NCBI GenBank assembly: GCA_030141605.1
Contig: JAQGDQ010000972.1
Coordinates: forward strand, 10,412-74,411
Reading direction: 5' to 3'
DNA from: Tubiluchus corallicola
Taxonomy: Eukaryota; Animalia; Priapulida
DNA: 64,000 nt
In this document: one piece after another, positions 44,053 to 60,186 of the stretch
Layout of the letters: each line of letters begins with the position of its first letter
Position numbering within the stretch: the stretch's first letter is position 1
Made by a program: the position numbers and the translations under genes
Notes under the pieces: generated by a model
Told to the model about the DNA's origin: nothing
Seen by the model: only the letters and a program-made list of their open reading frames with translations
Databases searched by the model: none

Positions 44053-47000
44053 CTCCATGATATATCTTCAGTGAAAAATAGAAAAGGCAAGACGTGACAT
44101 GTAGATATTACAGATAAATACACTTAAAGCATAAGTATTGATCTATTACGTAACATATGATAATCAAAATAATTACAGTATTTACCCAAGTGTTTCCTAG
44201 GAAAGAAGAAGGTTTGGATTCCAGTCCACCTTAATTTAAAACAACGTTGGTATCTGTTTCAATTCAAATTTTTTAAACCATCAAGATATGTATTTCAGAA
44301 GACCATGCCAACCAGTACCAACACATGTAAGTCCAACCTTCTGCCAAAGTCCATCGCGTTCATGTGGTGTATAATAATTATAGTTCAGAGTCAAAATTTT
44401 CTACGTTTGCAAAAAGAACAAGTGACGTCATCACGGACCGTTGTGGGTTAAGTAGGTATCACCTAAGCTTATAGCAAAACGGTATAAATCTTGACATACT
44501 AAACCTACATCTTGAAGAGCACTCTAGTAAAATTCATCAACACTTGAACACCACTCGAAGACATGTGACTGTCAAGAGCCAATAAATCTCCTTTAATGTG
44601 GGCGACTTTTGCGGCCAACTGACGCACGCTTGGCAATTTTTGAACAAAGTAAAAGAAAACGAATGGTCCTGAAATGTTTGTTTTTTCATTGTGTGCACCA
44701 CTCTGGGCATGACAGAGGAACATTGGAGGAGATTCTAAACTGAGCAAACTTTGAAGATCCTACTATGAACTAAACACACAATGTAGAAGGAATTTTGAAT
44801 CAGGCGCCTATTTTAACGTGCACTGCACCTGTTTTAGAACAACGACGATGTGTTAAAACGACAATCAAACTTAATAATGCCATTATGATTAGTGTGTATT
44901 ACATATGGATACTGCCACAGTAGGTATGGTGTCGTTGTCGTTGTCTTTGTGGCTGTGGCAGTGGTGGTAGCTGTCGTTGGTGTTGTTGTTGTTGTTGCCG
45001 TTGTCGTTTCGTTGTCGTCGTTGTCGTCGTTGTTGTTGTTCCTGCTGCTGCTTTTAAAGAAAAAAGTAGGGATGATACCAACCAAAACGTTAGTAAATTA
45101 CAGTTGCATTTAATTGTCAAGAGTGACGGTCGGACGAAACTGGCATCTTTGACGAGTGACGAATTCATAAGCGACAGAAAGCATTACAGACACATTTCAT
45201 GGACGATTTTTTTATTTTGGGACAATAATTACAGTGCTGTGCAAATTAATGAGGATTGCAATGAACGGCAATGCTGACTTTCAGCACGACAGCATAAGAT
45301 TTGCAAATGTTGAAGCTTCAAACTTATGAGATCACACTGATGTACGGTTTAAACGTCAATTTCACGTTATTTGACCATTAAACAAGTTTTCCTTGGTGAC
45401 GAATCCAGCATTCTCCCCCGCCTCAACACGTGTGTTAGTGTATCAGAATTGTTTAATCTCATTCATATGGCGAAGTACTGCATTTTAACACTAATGCCAC
45501 TCAAACCGAGACGATAAGCCTATCATCCCAAGCTAACATTTATATTTTGTTTTACAAGGCTTATTACTTTTAATATACTGAAAAATAGATGAAGGACTCA
45601 GTGTGGACTTGTGTTCATATGGACTTAATATGAATAAGTCAATTAAAATATGCCATATTCACAATATCACCGAAAACAAAAAGAAAATATTTAAGGTTAA
45701 TGAATAAATATCTAAAAATGATATAAATAACAAAAGTGCATTAAATTCTCAATATAAGTCTATAGCTTTTAGTACATTTGAAGTTTTGATAATTAGGCTA
45801 AAGTTCAGTGGATAGCATCCTCAAGCGAGGTGATCTGAAACCTCGACCTTATTCATGCTGTTTTGCAACAAACATTACATGGTAGTAAAATGCGCATAAT
45901 TTGGGGGACTTTCGCACCATCCTGCAACCATTAACATGTTGTTAAGATTCAGCTCGACAAAGAACTTTTATTACAGTCTAAATAGTTTCAAAGCGCTGGG
46001 CCTTTTCAAAATATGTGGATTACTGTTACGCGGGGTTCCAGACGATTATTCGTTACTCTAAAAAAATTATACCATGTGTTTTTATGCGGGTATTTGGACA
46101 CAATACAAGTCGCTATCCGGCGCATTACTTAATGCATATAGGCGCGGTGGGACCGGGACCTTTTTTATTATCGAAAATAATTCTCTGTGATGAGATAGAG
46201 CGGACAGAGGTGTTTCAGAGTGCCGTCGTTCAACTATGAGCCCTTCTTGGATCGGCATTCTAAATGATAAACTAATGGAAGAAACTAATAAAGATTGGCT
46301 TAATTCTGTGTGAGAGATGGGAATAAAAGTTATTGAATTAAATTTTAAACGAACATTAAAAATTATAAAATTATGCTAGTGACAGATTTGGGTATCCTTA
46401 GAAAAAATGAACAAACTAAGACAGTTTAGACAGAGATTAATAGCGAACCGAAATCACATTTCAGCAAAAACAGTCGAAAAGTAAAAGACGCGTGAAAATG
46501 TTGAAGGTTATTTTGTTCATCAACGCACGCCGAGTTTCTGTCACCAAACAGTTCGCAAAAGAGTAAAATGCAATAGTGACGACATGAATTTCTGAATTAA
46601 AAGTTACGTTTGATAAATGCAGTAGAGGCAATTTTACTTTAAAAGGCTATGATAACGATTACTAAGTTAACTGATGTTAAATATTATGAGATTTCAGGAT
46701 TTCAGAATTTGTTACTTGAAGTCAATTTATGCTTTATCTCAGGTTTGTATGTTTAGAGAAATTTTGAATTTCTTCTAAATAGGTTAATATTCTGCAACAG
46801 TTGCGTCAACTGCAGCAAAAACTCTATTTTCTTACAGGAATGACAGAAGACTTACCACATTCATTGTAAAATAGACAGAGTTGAGTGACTCTAACTTTAT
46901 TTACGCCCACATAAAGTCAATAGCGCGCGGGCTCCAACACACGTCCATCATAGAAATAGAAAGGAAACACATTGAATAGAAAAGAAAAACACTTTTTACA

Positions 47001-50000
47001 CACAAAAACTGGCCACTAGTTGTCTGAAAATCTCTCAGTAAATGCTTTACGTAAACATGCAAACCCTCGACCGTTTTGGATTATAATAACCACGTCTTAA
47101 GAGCGATTTTTATTAACCCGCGGTGAACGCTTTGGGTCATTTGAACCCCGATTCAGTTTTCTTAGTTTTGCAGACTTTCAAAGATTAAGCCCACGGATAA
47201 GTTAGTTTTTCGCTCAGGGTACGCAACACATTTCAGGGCGACTTTCAAAAAACAAATGTACATAAAAATGAACAGTGTTAACAAAAATGCCGCGTAGACA
47301 CTACATCCGTTTACACTTCCGGTACACGTGGACTGCGTAAATTGAAGTCATTACTTCCATAATGGCTAGGGGCGTGCAAATCAACGATGGACGAAACTTG
47401 AATAACCGATTAACTGATAATTGATGGACAAACAATTTTAGAATCAAGCAGATTTAATTTGGATTCTGAGCAAGTTTTCGCTATCAGCTCTAGGACGCCT
47501 CGATTTTGTACAGTGCTGAGATCCCTTCTCTCATGGCCAGAGTTACCCCAGCCATGTGCCCGTTGAAAAGTTTTCTTTTCACTGCGACGGTATCACACAG
47601 CGCTATTATGCTTGCATTTGAATAAACGTTCTGTCCCCAAGGCTACTGTTTCATAATTCTGGAAACATTTTTTTTCATAAAGGAGAGTGCAAGAAAGAGC
47701 AGAGGATATGCAGTCGTCCGTTTTTAGCGTGGAGTTCAATGGTGCTGTACCTGCTGATCGAGCATGCATTGAGTTAGTTAAAAATACAGTATTTTAAAGT
47801 AGTGCAAAATTTATACTACGACACATGTATGAGTCTCCTTTGAATGACACCTTCAAATGATTCATTTTATAAATCAAAATTGTAAAGTATGTATTGTCAC
47901 TAACAGAGGGCAGCACATATTGCATTGTTCTCCGACTGCATCAGCGAGTACTGAGTAGTTTAGTGTTGTGAAAAACAGAACGGCATGGCTGCGATAATGT
48001 GAAAGTTGTTATTATAGTTTAGTTTATTAGTGTTTAATAATGTTGCTGTTTCTTTCAAGTCATTAAATTGCGATATTAATGTGTCTTTGATGACGTACAT
48101 TAGGAACATTACAAAAATATTCACTGCATAGTTCTGAGGCTTAACTTAACCGAAGTTTAATAAAAAACAGACGCACTGTCATTATTATTTGCTTATATCT
48201 TTGGCAGATAAGAGCATTTAAGCATTAATGAAATACTTTGGAATCAGAATCTAAAAAGCGACTTTAAGAAGCATATCTCTATTAGTGAAAACGCAGGCCA
48301 CCCCAAAACCATAATAGGATTTAATTGATACATTTTATGAAAAATCATTAATAAAAACTGCTATTTACATGTGCAAGATTTATTTAAAATCACACATGGC
48401 AATTTTTCGAACTTTTGCCTCCTCAAAATAGATTACGAAATAAAAGCTACCCAAAATAATAATTAATTTTGTTTAATTAAGAACTATGCAATTATTAAAA
48501 CTAATTCTTAACGGTGAATAATTTATGAAATAGCTATGCTGTTTCAGCGTAGCTATTACTACACAAAAGTGATAGTAATAAATAAGCAATTATTAAACTA
48601 AGTATTAACACAGTAAATGTAGCCCTGATTGCAAACAGTTTGCTGGTTATGGGACATGGTACTATTTAGTTCACAGTGCACCCACATAGATAAAATGTTT
48701 ACGGATGACTATTATAAAGAAGGTGAATTAGGACAATTTTACGCCTGTTTTGTCGTGACAAGAGTGACTAAGTAGCGCTGCCTTCTTCACTATAAAATCT
48801 ATTTTTGTCTTACGAGGTATAAAAACTTCATGAACTTTTGAACTTCTCTAACGCCCACCGAGTCGCATGTTCGTTACAAAAGTCGTAAAACTCAAAAAAA
48901 GGTCCAGTTACTGGCTAATCATTCAGGGCAACACAATCGACCAAACGCTACACCTAACTTTCAGTAGCACATCGTTTTGCAACTGAAGCAGCATGACCAA
49001 AAACACAGCAGCGTGGCGTCATCTATTAGAGGAAAAGTGAAACACGCAGGAAAATTGGTATAATTCGTTAAACGTGTCATTTGCGCATTTAAATTAACAT
49101 TCGTAATTGCGAAAGGGAAAATTGTAAAGAGAAATGATAATGTTATCAAAGGAAATTAAAATTTCGTACCAACGACTGTTCAGTTTAAATAACAAATTAC
49201 AAAAACCTTTTCTATTGATAGAACAAGTTGACGCGTGGGTGCGCTTTTGTAAGAAAAAAACAAAACGTGTACACAAAAAACATTATGTAGTGCAGCATTA
49301 TTACAATTTCTACATAGCAATATCTGATCAAAAGTGTGAGGTGTCATCATAGGTCTTGATTTATGGAGTACATGACCTTGTTAACATTATTATTTGACTT
49401 GGACTATCAAAAATATTATTAGTACGCACATACACGTAAACACAAGCACACATACACGCACAATCTCTTCACACACATACACCCTTACATGCTTAAGAAT
49501 TCACCAGGTCAAGCACTACATCATTCACATCACGCAATGTATTTTGACGTGTTTCGGCATCGTAAATAAGTCTTGATGAGCAATTTTCAAATTTTAATGA
49601 ATTCAATATCAAAAGCATTTAGGTTAAATATTTACTCGTAGCACAATAACTAGCTTTGCATTAAATAGCAATACAAAGGCTGTTACAAGTCTGCTGTTTT
49701 ATCTTTTCAATTGACATATATACATACTTAGCTGCCTTACTTAAATTAATTCAGAGTTGATGTCAGTAGATGTTTTACCTAGGTCATGCTTGATTCATAT
49801 CAACAGTAACCAGAATAACATGATTAAATTTTAATAAGGCGAAAGTTTATGCCAGAATTGTCAGCTGAAATTGAGAATAATTATTACTGATTTTACCGAT
49901 TTTCAACCAAAACTGTGCGTGGCGGTAGTACTTTCAGTCTCCGGAACAGAACAGCAATAATAATAAAATTCTTAATAAAAACTTAGCATCCTTCGGAAGA

Positions 50001-53000
50001 CGATTGTAAATGTTTAGTTATACGCTCAATTTGAAATCCTTTCTGGAAAGTACTAATTTATTAGAGTAAACAAAAATAAAGTAAATAATTTTGAAGTTAT
50101 AAAAGTTCAGAAGAAACAAAAGAGAATAAAATAGTAACGGTCACCAAGAAGGTATGAGCTTCGTCCTCCATCCCTCTGGCAAGTAATTTATGACTGCATT
50201 TAAGTATAATATCTGACAACTCCATGTTTCCGCTCTCGTTTCCGCTCTCGTTCTCACTGAGACTTGAAAACGGAGAGCCTTTTCAGACATGCTCTTAGAA
50301 CCCTCTTCTGTTAGCAACTTGTTACCTTTTTTAACCTATTTCATCTTCAGAAAATAAAGTATGGCAGCAGGAACTTGCTTACAACAACTTCTTAAGCAAA
50401 ACCTTTTCGTTTTCTTTCTCTTAAATCATGTTCTTTTTTGAACACTTTGTTAAAGAGATTGGGTATTCCTGGGAGCTTACTGCATAAACTTATAACATAA
50501 CATTAACATTATGGTGACGTGTACACTGTACTAACCTGCCTCCGCCGGGTTTGAAATTTCAGCCCGATTGCGATTCGATGCTGCAGCATAAAATTATACT
50601 TTACATGGAAGAAACTTTAATTTCTTAGTCTTTTAAATTAACTCCATATATGCTAAATGTTTATCAAAGGCAGAAAGATTAAAAACACAATTCTTAAACA
50701 AGAATACCACAATAATGGTCTACACACACAATAAGCAGCACGCTGAAATTTTGCACTGCACTTACGCACAGTTTGCATTTTATAGAATCAACAAGTAATA
50801 ATATAATTTTTGGTCTCTATTTTTGTTAGGTATCTTACTAACAAAGCAGCACGATTTGCGGCAATTATTTTTCATACTCCAGAGTCTTCGGGCAAGAAAG
50901 AACATTTTAGAAATTTTTTTTTACGGGAATTTCGGGCAAGCCCATGCACCGCTTAATGACATGCTTATAATGAAATCTACAAATTTTACGTCTTTTAAAG
51001 AAAATTTTCTTCATTATGTATAGCCTTGCCGTTATCAGCCTCATGAAAATAAGTGCAACTTTACCATTTATTAAACCATTAGGCAACTTAAAAGAGACAA
51101 AAAATAACCTTAACAGAAGCATTCTACATCGAAACAAAGGAACCACATATATGTGGTATAATGGTTAAGGCACAATAAACAAACACATACAACAGAGCAA
51201 CATACATACATATCATAAACTTAATATTATTACAGTTAGTTAGTCAGTCAGGTTGCTTGCACTAAGTTATCTCAGTCCGGCCTATCTTCAAATATCTTGT
51301 GGACCAATCTAGCATTAATTTTAATAACTCCTACATCTTGTGACGCATTTAAAAACACGAATTTCTCATTAGGAGACATAATAATGAATGTTAGGAGAAA
51401 ATCAGAAAAAATACAAAAACATTCCTCTCTTGTATGAGCTTACAGTGAGCATTCAGTAATTACATGCTGTTGTTGTTGTTTTAATCGCACTGTAAACAGT
51501 ACGATGCAGTGCGCATATGCAATACAGTAACTCAAAAGTTGAATAAACCACACAAACTTTTCAGGTATGAAACGAAGGAACCACCCATTTTCTGACACAA
51601 GCTTGTTAAATTTCCCTGATGCAAAGGACTAGACTGTCACCAATACGTTTGCATGTCATTTACCAGAATTCTATGCATTGATTCCAATGATTGATTGACT
51701 GATTACAGTGTAGCCACCAGTTCGCTGATGGCAAAACCAGTATGTCTGTGAGGTTTTAAGCGGTTCAAGAAACTTAAATTTATAGCTTACTCGGTTTGTG
51801 TACTCACAAAATGCCCGACAATAAACTTATTACATGTCGTTGGGTTTAACCAGGCACTGTACTGCTATTATTATCAACCTGTTTCATTGTACCTTAATGC
51901 GTAATTTGACAAATAATAATCACCAATCATATAGAATTTTATGATGTTTCTTACCATTACACTAGTTCGCAGATCAACCAATGTTTTAATACTTTGCCTT
52001 GTTATCGTTAAATTTGGGTTGAACAGTCTGCTTTACCTGGGCCGTCAAACTTTTGGAGACATAATTTTAACGTTGTCTATAGATTTATATCCACATAGTG
52101 AGTTGTTTAAAACTGTTACGTAGTTTTAATAGCTGTCTTTTACGTAAAATTGTAAAATTTTGAAGTACACATTCAATAATTTCAAAGCAGCGATAAATTT
52201 TCGACCGATATGTTATGAAAATAACTGAAAATAGTAGCCATCCAAGAAGAAAATTATTAGTAAGCAAGCGTTACACAGTAAAGAATGCAGTCACAGTCAC
52301 TATCAGATTTTTCAACGTTGTTCTTAATATGAGCATCAGCAGTAATTAGCTACACACTGACCAGGCGTGTGAGATGAACAAACTGAAAAATTTCACAGAT
52401 GCCCGTTTTTTAAGGATGTCCGCAATCGTCGGCACTTTAAGAAGTCGGCAGTACACAGTTACAAGGTAATAATATTAAGATGGTACAAAGACAAGTGCCT
52501 CTATCTTCAGTTACATTGTTTGCACTCGTGAGTGTCGTGCAAATATTGAAAAATCACCCAGCGGTGTGATTAAAAACACGTCACACAATCAAAATCCCAT
52601 AGAGGAAAGACGTTGTATAGGCACAGCTAAGCGCGATAATAATCTTTAAATTTCAATTTAGCACTTTTGCCTCAAAGCTTTGCGACTGTACAAGTTTCGC
52701 ACGGTCGTACCGCGTCGTTCTCTGTTTTTGATTAGTTTGACAAGTTTCCAAATATTAGAAATTCGTCACCGGAGTACACACAACGCTTGCATAGTAACCA
52801 AATAAGCAAAGTTCATACGGATCACATGAGATATAATCAGGGTCAGTTGTACACACCTGGTCAACACGGTGTTTAACTCTAATGGTATAGCGCTAAGCTC
52901 TTTCTGATCAAGCACACACCTCTCTTCGAACTCAGAGCAATTTGTTTCTTTACGCTGAGTGATCTCGGCGGTGGTGAGTGAGCACTCGATGGAGGAAAGC

Positions 53001-53647
53001 AGAACGAGGGAGGGAGTGGATCTAGTTACTGGGTCTCTTTTGCGAACAAACAGCTCCACACTATGAGAAATCTGACAAAACAGACCGGCATATGAAACAA
53101 TCTTGTACAAATAGTTCTTTCTTCATTTTCTTAACACTTTCAGTGAAAGGCACAAACTAAAGAACTAAGACTTAGCATCGCCCTCAAACATGACCTAAGG
53201 TTCTGCTGTGTGTGGTTGATTTCTACCTGTATTTTACCAGCAGAATAGGCCGAGATTTCGAATGCTTGAACTACTTGACGTGACGGATGGTAAAGATAAC
53301 ATTCTGCTAATGGAACGTGTCAGAAAAATGCGAGCCAGCAGGAGAACACGATGATTGGGATGATAATTCAGGTTCAGAGATTTTACTATGCGTCAAAGTT
53401 AAGCTTTCGAATGTGGAAACGTATATATACCCTACATACTTGTGTTCTTAAAGGATTGAGGTCTACCACATACGGCAACTGCTGAAGAACTTTCACTTCA
53501 TGTTAATAATTTACTGCATTTTTATTATTTAAGTTTAAATCCTTCTGTGTACTAACTGTGTACTAGCAACAAACTAGACTAGACAATAAATACTACAGTT
53601 GTCTTTCTCCTGGTATCACAGAGTGTACATCACCGACTGAAGGATTA

Positions 53648-53796
53648 ACTGACTGACAAACTGACTGACCGATTAATTGACTGACTCCCTAACTGACTGA
53701 CTGACTGACTGACTGACTGACTGACTGACTACCTATTTGACTGACTGACTAACTGACTGGTTAGCTGGCTGAGTGACTGATTGACTGACTGACTGA
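53648..53796. repeat. (GACT)n tetranucleotide repeat
   Basis: Seen directly. Confidence 0.92.
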
Positions 53797-55560
53797 CCCA
53801 CTTAGTCACTCAAACAGTTGTTACTTATTAGAATAATACTATTACTGTTCATATGGTAGTGCTACGTAGATTACTATGTTCAATATTGCAATACTATATT
53901 GCTATAGAGTACTTGTTTTTAGATACTAGAAATTCATTTTCTATTTCTCTGTTTTGGTTTACTATTTACTCACTATTTTCGTATGCTCAGAATAAACGAA
54001 TAAAAATCTAATTTGAAATTTTTACTACATCATACTGAAGATACCATTTCCTTGCCTTCTGCACAAGTCTTATTTAACAATACATACATGTGGGGCACTT
54101 AATTAGAACATACGTGTTAGTTTCGCAAATACATTTAACTTTGTAGCTACTATCGTTTTATTACGTATGTTTCAGGGCTCCAGGGCACCAGCAAGTTAAC
54201 TTAGAATTTTTATGGAGATGCTTTACGAATTTACTAACACTAATTGCTTTCTTACGCCCAGTATAAAATTGTGCAACGTTGGCGAAAAGAGGTTAACAGT
54301 TGTAGTTCAATTGTTACTATTTAAATCGAGGGAGTTGGAGTAATAAAAACACATTTCGTCTAGCTTTTGTCTTTTTGTTCAGTTTCTGGGACAAATTGGT
54401 CTTATGTATTTTATGGTAAAGCTTTTTAGTTGTTGAGATGCATTTTTTGTCCAAGCAAAAGTGTTAACAAATATTGAGCAGGATGTATTAATTGGGGGCT
54501 CTTTTCAAAGTTAATTGCTTAATAAAAGTGTAGTTTTCCGTGTTATTTGTAAGTGCAGCTGGAATAAAAGATCCCACAATAATTATGGTATTTTTTTGTT
54601 ATTGTTCTAGTTCTTACCATTAAGAATCGTCTTAGATGTATAAGTGCAATTCAACAAACAAAGAGCAGTTGCGTTAGCATTTAAAACAGTAGTGACTGTT
54701 TATATTGCAATTAACTTAAAGGATAAGGAATCCTAATTCTCACATAAAACTTAAAAAATTCGTTTTGAAATTTGGTATCACATACACGCTGTCTTATTTC
54801 ACGCAGAACTTGTATTAGCAGTAACGTTATACAAAACTGTAAATTTATACTCCCTCACTAACAGTTAAGCCCTTCCACTTTAACGCCAAATAGTTTGACA
54901 CAAGTTTCAATAGCATTGCGCAAAGTTAAAAAATAATCAGAGTATTCGTAGCGAATCACGCAGTTACGTAATTCTGTCAACAAGATTGATAATATGCTTC
55001 TTGGTGAGCCAGTGGTGCGTGCTGGGATGGTGAATCAGTGACGTTTTACCAGTTAGCGTTAACATTTCAAATTGCTAAGAATTTTCTTTTCTAGTTGCAT
55101 AAGTCCTTCAAACGGATAAGAGTAATGCTAAGTTATATATATTTGTGTGGAAAGATATTTACGACATACTCCTTTAAGCTCAAATGAAAGACAAAATACG
55201 CCATGCAAGCTGAACGATGTCCTCTGATGCTACTAGTTCTCATACGTGAGCGAGTTCATAATTTATAAATTATTTGGAGAAAATACATTCACAAGAGAAC
55301 AAAATATCATTGAATACATTGAATACAAAATATCAAAAACAAATGCAAGCACAAAACAAGTCATAAAACATAAAAAAACAATATGAAACCCTGATGTATG
55401 CCATAAAGTCGATATGCAAGCAAGTAATTTGTGCAGTCCGTGAAATGGGAAAGAAGTTGCTGTTGATATTCAGTCTGATGAGTTCATCTTTCTGGCATGT
55501 TCTGTTCATGATGTGCTGATATTAATACTAGTAACCACGCTATTATCTGCATAACTTCTA

Positions 55561-55868
55561 TTAAAGGAAGACATAGAGGATGATTTTTCATATACTACCC
55601 CATTTTCAAGTACGGTAAGAAGTATACACTTTAACACAAGTAATACTAGAAAAGCGTTTTTGATAATTAAATAAAAGACTAAAATTTTAATTAACGGCGG
55701 ATGAGCACAACTATAAATGACATCACAAACGAACTCAATTTTTAACAGCAATAATATTCCATGAGCGTGTTGCGTATTTGCGAAAGCGAATATTGCAGTG
55801 CTGCTGTGGAGATTCAGTTTGTTGTACTAAAACTACGGAAGTTTTAAAATAAAAATTCAAATTCAATT
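55561..55868 (+). repeat. Old dispersed repeat, copy 2 (begins TTAAAGG)
   Basis: Collinear with 19192-19500. Confidence 0.7.
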
Positions 55869-58800
55869 CTTTCATTGCTTTCACATTAAGCCAACTTATT
55901 AGTTTGGACTTGAAGTCTCTAGGTTTATAGCCGAGAATTTAGATATTTTTAAACTAAAAGAATAGGCCAGCAGATCAGTTTGTTCTTTTCATCAATCATT
56001 TACATTACTGGATTTTGCTCAAGTAATCAAATTTTTACCCTTTTTCAGACCACCGTGAAATTGAGTAGGAAATGACATAATGATTACGTTGCGTTAAATA
56101 GGATAAAGCTCTTCAAATTTAATCTTCTCTATGAAACGTTGACATTGGGAAGATAATCTCACCCTTTCGCTTTCGAATTCCTACACAATGCAAAACAGGA
56201 AAGCGGGAAATGGCCGGATATGCGGGACATCGAACTTCCGGAGTGACTCTTTGTCGCTGGGATCAAAATTCACCCAGAAGGTTCAAACGTCGAGCCGGAA
56301 ATAGTCTTTCTTTCAAAATCTTAACAGAGTTTTGACAAGAAGTACATATTACTTAGTTTACAAGTTTGGATAACGGACTAAACATCTACTTTCCCTAAAC
56401 AGCTGACGCTTAAAATATGCCGGTAATGAAATTAAAACTAGAAGCGAAATTGAGAACAAACTAAAGTTTTTTCTCGAGTCGTAAGTGCAACACTCATGTC
56501 ACTTATATGTAAAATCACAGAAATCAAATTTGGTATGATTCAGCGATAAGTTTGAAGTAAAAAAACATTTAGAGTATTTTAGAACAATAAAAGAATCGTG
56601 TTTTGGACAGCATTGCTTATTAGACACGTTTCTGAGTACACGAACTACTGATACTGTGGACAAACACTAGTCTATAAATACGTTTTGTAAGCATTCGCAC
56701 CTAACATCCCCGAAAGATAATTTAAAAAAATAAAGGTAATCGTTGAAATTAGTTTCTAGTGTAATTTACTAGAATAAGATGAAAAACGCATAAAACCGTG
56801 CAGTCTTTCGGAAGACACTGGACGTAATATTCAATCAGTGTTGAAGCTTTTATAGAAGGAGCCATCCCTTTAATGATGAGGTTTTTCAAACCTCCTGAGA
56901 ACTAGCCACACAAAACATTTTATTTTTGTGACTGATTTATATCAACTGTATGCATCATTATCTACGCCAAGTCTTTTTTCATTTCGTTTCATTCTATATC
57001 CGGACGTTCTGGTTGTGAAAAGAGGAAATTTGTTCTGCTCGTTTTAAAAAAAGCTCAATTATCCAGTAAACGAAAGCGCAAGGCTCTCCTGGGAAGAGAA
57101 TAATGAAAAACAAGCAAGAATTTGTAGATTGCAGTAAGTGTATCAACAAAGAAAGCAAACAATTGGCTAATTCCATGGCCAACAAGCTGTGGAATGGAGC
57201 GCGTTTTTTTTATGAATGTAGCATACTGTACTGGCCAGTTTCCTGCACACGTAGAAAAAACCCCCTCAGATCTCCAATATTTTAGTGTTTTTTGGACAAA
57301 ATTTCCGTAGTTTATTTTAATAACTAGTCTCAATATACTGACACCTACTCGTGGCATACGAAAGTAAATCATATACTGACCAATTTCACCAATTTCAATT
57401 TAATTCAATTCAAATTTTCATTCCGGTAACTAAAACCATATAAAACATAGACAAGTTACATTGACATTGTTACGAAGGTAGATTTTGGCCAGTTAGTAAT
57501 GGCTGAGAAGCCCAATAATGCAAATGTATCTGTGTAAAGCAGAATGCATGCCGTGATTCATTCCAACCTGGCCTTTCTGTCTGTAAAGGCAAGTGCTGTA
57601 GGCTTGCTAATTTTATACAAATGTGTGTTCGCATGTTTATGTAATAAAGTTTATTTTATACATGTATTCTGGATCTTTTAACTTTCCTCGTCTGATGTGA
57701 AATTTTATCACTTGCATGCAGCTCTATACATCCTGAGACGGACCTCGAATTCGTTACAATATTAACATTCAAGACAAAATTAACAAGTAATAACAAAAAG
57801 CGTTAAACTTAAAAAATAATCAAGGAAACTAATCAAGTTCTGGCAAATCAAGGCTCTGCTAAAGATACATTGATTTCTTCAGATGTGTGGCAAACCTCCT
57901 GAGAACATGACAGTTTTGGCAACAAATGCTATTATGAATACAAATTAAAGAACAAATTTATTTTACAGACAGATGGAGTAAATGCTTGACTTAGTAATTG
58001 ACTGGCAAACCACTTATTTAACTGGCTGAGTAACTAGTCAGTTAACAGACTAACTGACTAATAATTAGTCATACTAATAATAACTAACCGACGACTGACC
58101 AATTAACAAATTAACTAGGATGTTCATCACAAGTCTTAATATTCGACATCTTTGTATAACGCTTGTATATTTTATTCACTGACTAAAGACTATGAAAGAA
58201 TTTGGTAAATACAGACCAGTTAGTCGTAAATATTCAGTATCTGGGGCTTTTAGAGTGACTTTACAGCAGTATAAAATTGTTTTTGCTTGTGATTTTATGT
58301 CTCATGAGCTTTACATCGGAATACGAAACACGGTCATCTGTACTGACAATGTCTGATCACGGAGCATCGGTCACTATGCTAAGTATCATACAATCCATAA
58401 ACTTGTTGCAAACGACCATAAAATCGACAAACAATAGATGAACTAGGGTGACTTCTTTTGAAGTGACAAAAATTTGAGTGAGTAGCAAAAACTGGCCTAA
58501 ACATTAGCAATACAGCTGAGATAAATAAACTGTTTTTCAATAATCATTTCTGAACTTCAACGTGAATGTATAGTTAATTAGTATCATTATTTGTACACAA
58601 GCCAAAATGTTCAAATAATAACTTTCATGGTGATAATTTTCCACTCGTAATAGGTTACCTCAAGTTATTTTTCGGAAATAGCTAGTATTTCATTTATAAT
58701 TCGCTAGACCACTAGAAAATTGTAAAAAATCTAAACTAATTTGTTAATTTTAATACGATTTTCACCATTGCATACAGTAAAACTGCTGCTAATTTAGCAA

Positions 58801-59514
58801 TGCCGAAGATAAATACATCAGATAATTACATTTCAGCCAAGAGTTGCACTTTAAGATAACCGATCATCAAAAAGGTGTGAAATTTGATTCTTATCTATGT
58901 ATGTATTATAATGCGTGTTCTGTTGTATGCTGATGATATCATTCTATTGCTCGGTCAGAGGCTCAGTCAATTTCATGGTCATTATCCTGGCTCAATTCAC
59001 CGCTTCAATTGCTGTAATAAGACTACACAGTGACGTCTTGGAATAAGCGCCTGTGCAAACAACTGTAGTTTTACTTTTAAAGGACTTCCTGTATAGTTCT
59101 GGCACGCATATTAGAAGAGCCAATAAAAGCTTTCAGAACAGCAGGAATCCTGTGACTGTACAGGCTTATAAATGTCTTATCCTAACAACTTGCTATTATG
59201 TCGTTTTTTAAGTGGTTTGGCTGATAGATGTATGTGGCAATTTAAATAAAAAAAGACAAACGGACCAGGGTTGCGGGCAAAGGTCAAGTGTCCGAACAGC
59301 ACGATAGGTTGGTACAGCGCAGCAGGTACAAGAATTGCCTGCAGCCGCAAAATAATTTGAAAAAAGAAAACATGCCGCTCCTTAAACTTTGAGATTGTCA
59401 ATCGTCATCAGTAAAACTTATTACATAAAAGCTACTGATAAGATTTAAAGACTAAAAGTTTAAAATGAGAGAAATTTTCAGGCAGGAAATGTCTCTGTGC
59501 TCTCTGCCTATATC

Positions 59515-59623
59515 CCCTCTCTCTCTGTATCACTCATCCCTTCCTTCCTCTCTCTCTCGCTCTCTGTCACACACCCTCGCACGCACGCACACACACACAC
59601 ACACACACACTCACGCACGCACG

Positions 59624-59665
<42 letters not shown>
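59515..59665. repeat. (CT)n/(CA)n/(CACG)n microsatellite
   Basis: Seen directly. Confidence 0.95.
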
Positions 59666-59666
<1 letters not shown>

Positions 59667-60186
59667 TGTTTCTGCCCTTTTCTCACTTGTTTCTTTGTCT
59701 CTTTGTTTGCATGATTCACTTTCCCTCTCCACGTTCTAACACTCTGCCTCTCTCTTTCCCTCTCTCCCTTGCACTCTCTGGTTTCTGTTCTCTCTCCTTC
59801 TCCAGTTCTCCACACAAGGCCAGTTCCACGTTTAAAAAGTAGAAGAATAACTTACGTTCTGACAAATTATTCCCTCGCGAGCGGACGCGTAGGCCTAACT
59901 AAGCGTTTTTTAATGACGCAGAACTATGTAGAGTACAGTTAAAACGTTGATGTCTTTACAGGTCTCTCAATAGGTCAATTTGTCTTAAATGCTGAATTCT
60001 TAGGAAACGGTAATGAACTGCCATCAGTGTGAGAATGAGTCACAAGACGCGCAATATATGCGTCACTATGGAAGTATTTATTGAAATTTCGCTCACTGCA
60101 TGGAAATTGTTTAGTCGTTGCGCTAAGCACTCAGAATATCACCAGACGGTCCCAAATTACACAAACTGTAACAAATTCCGTGCACA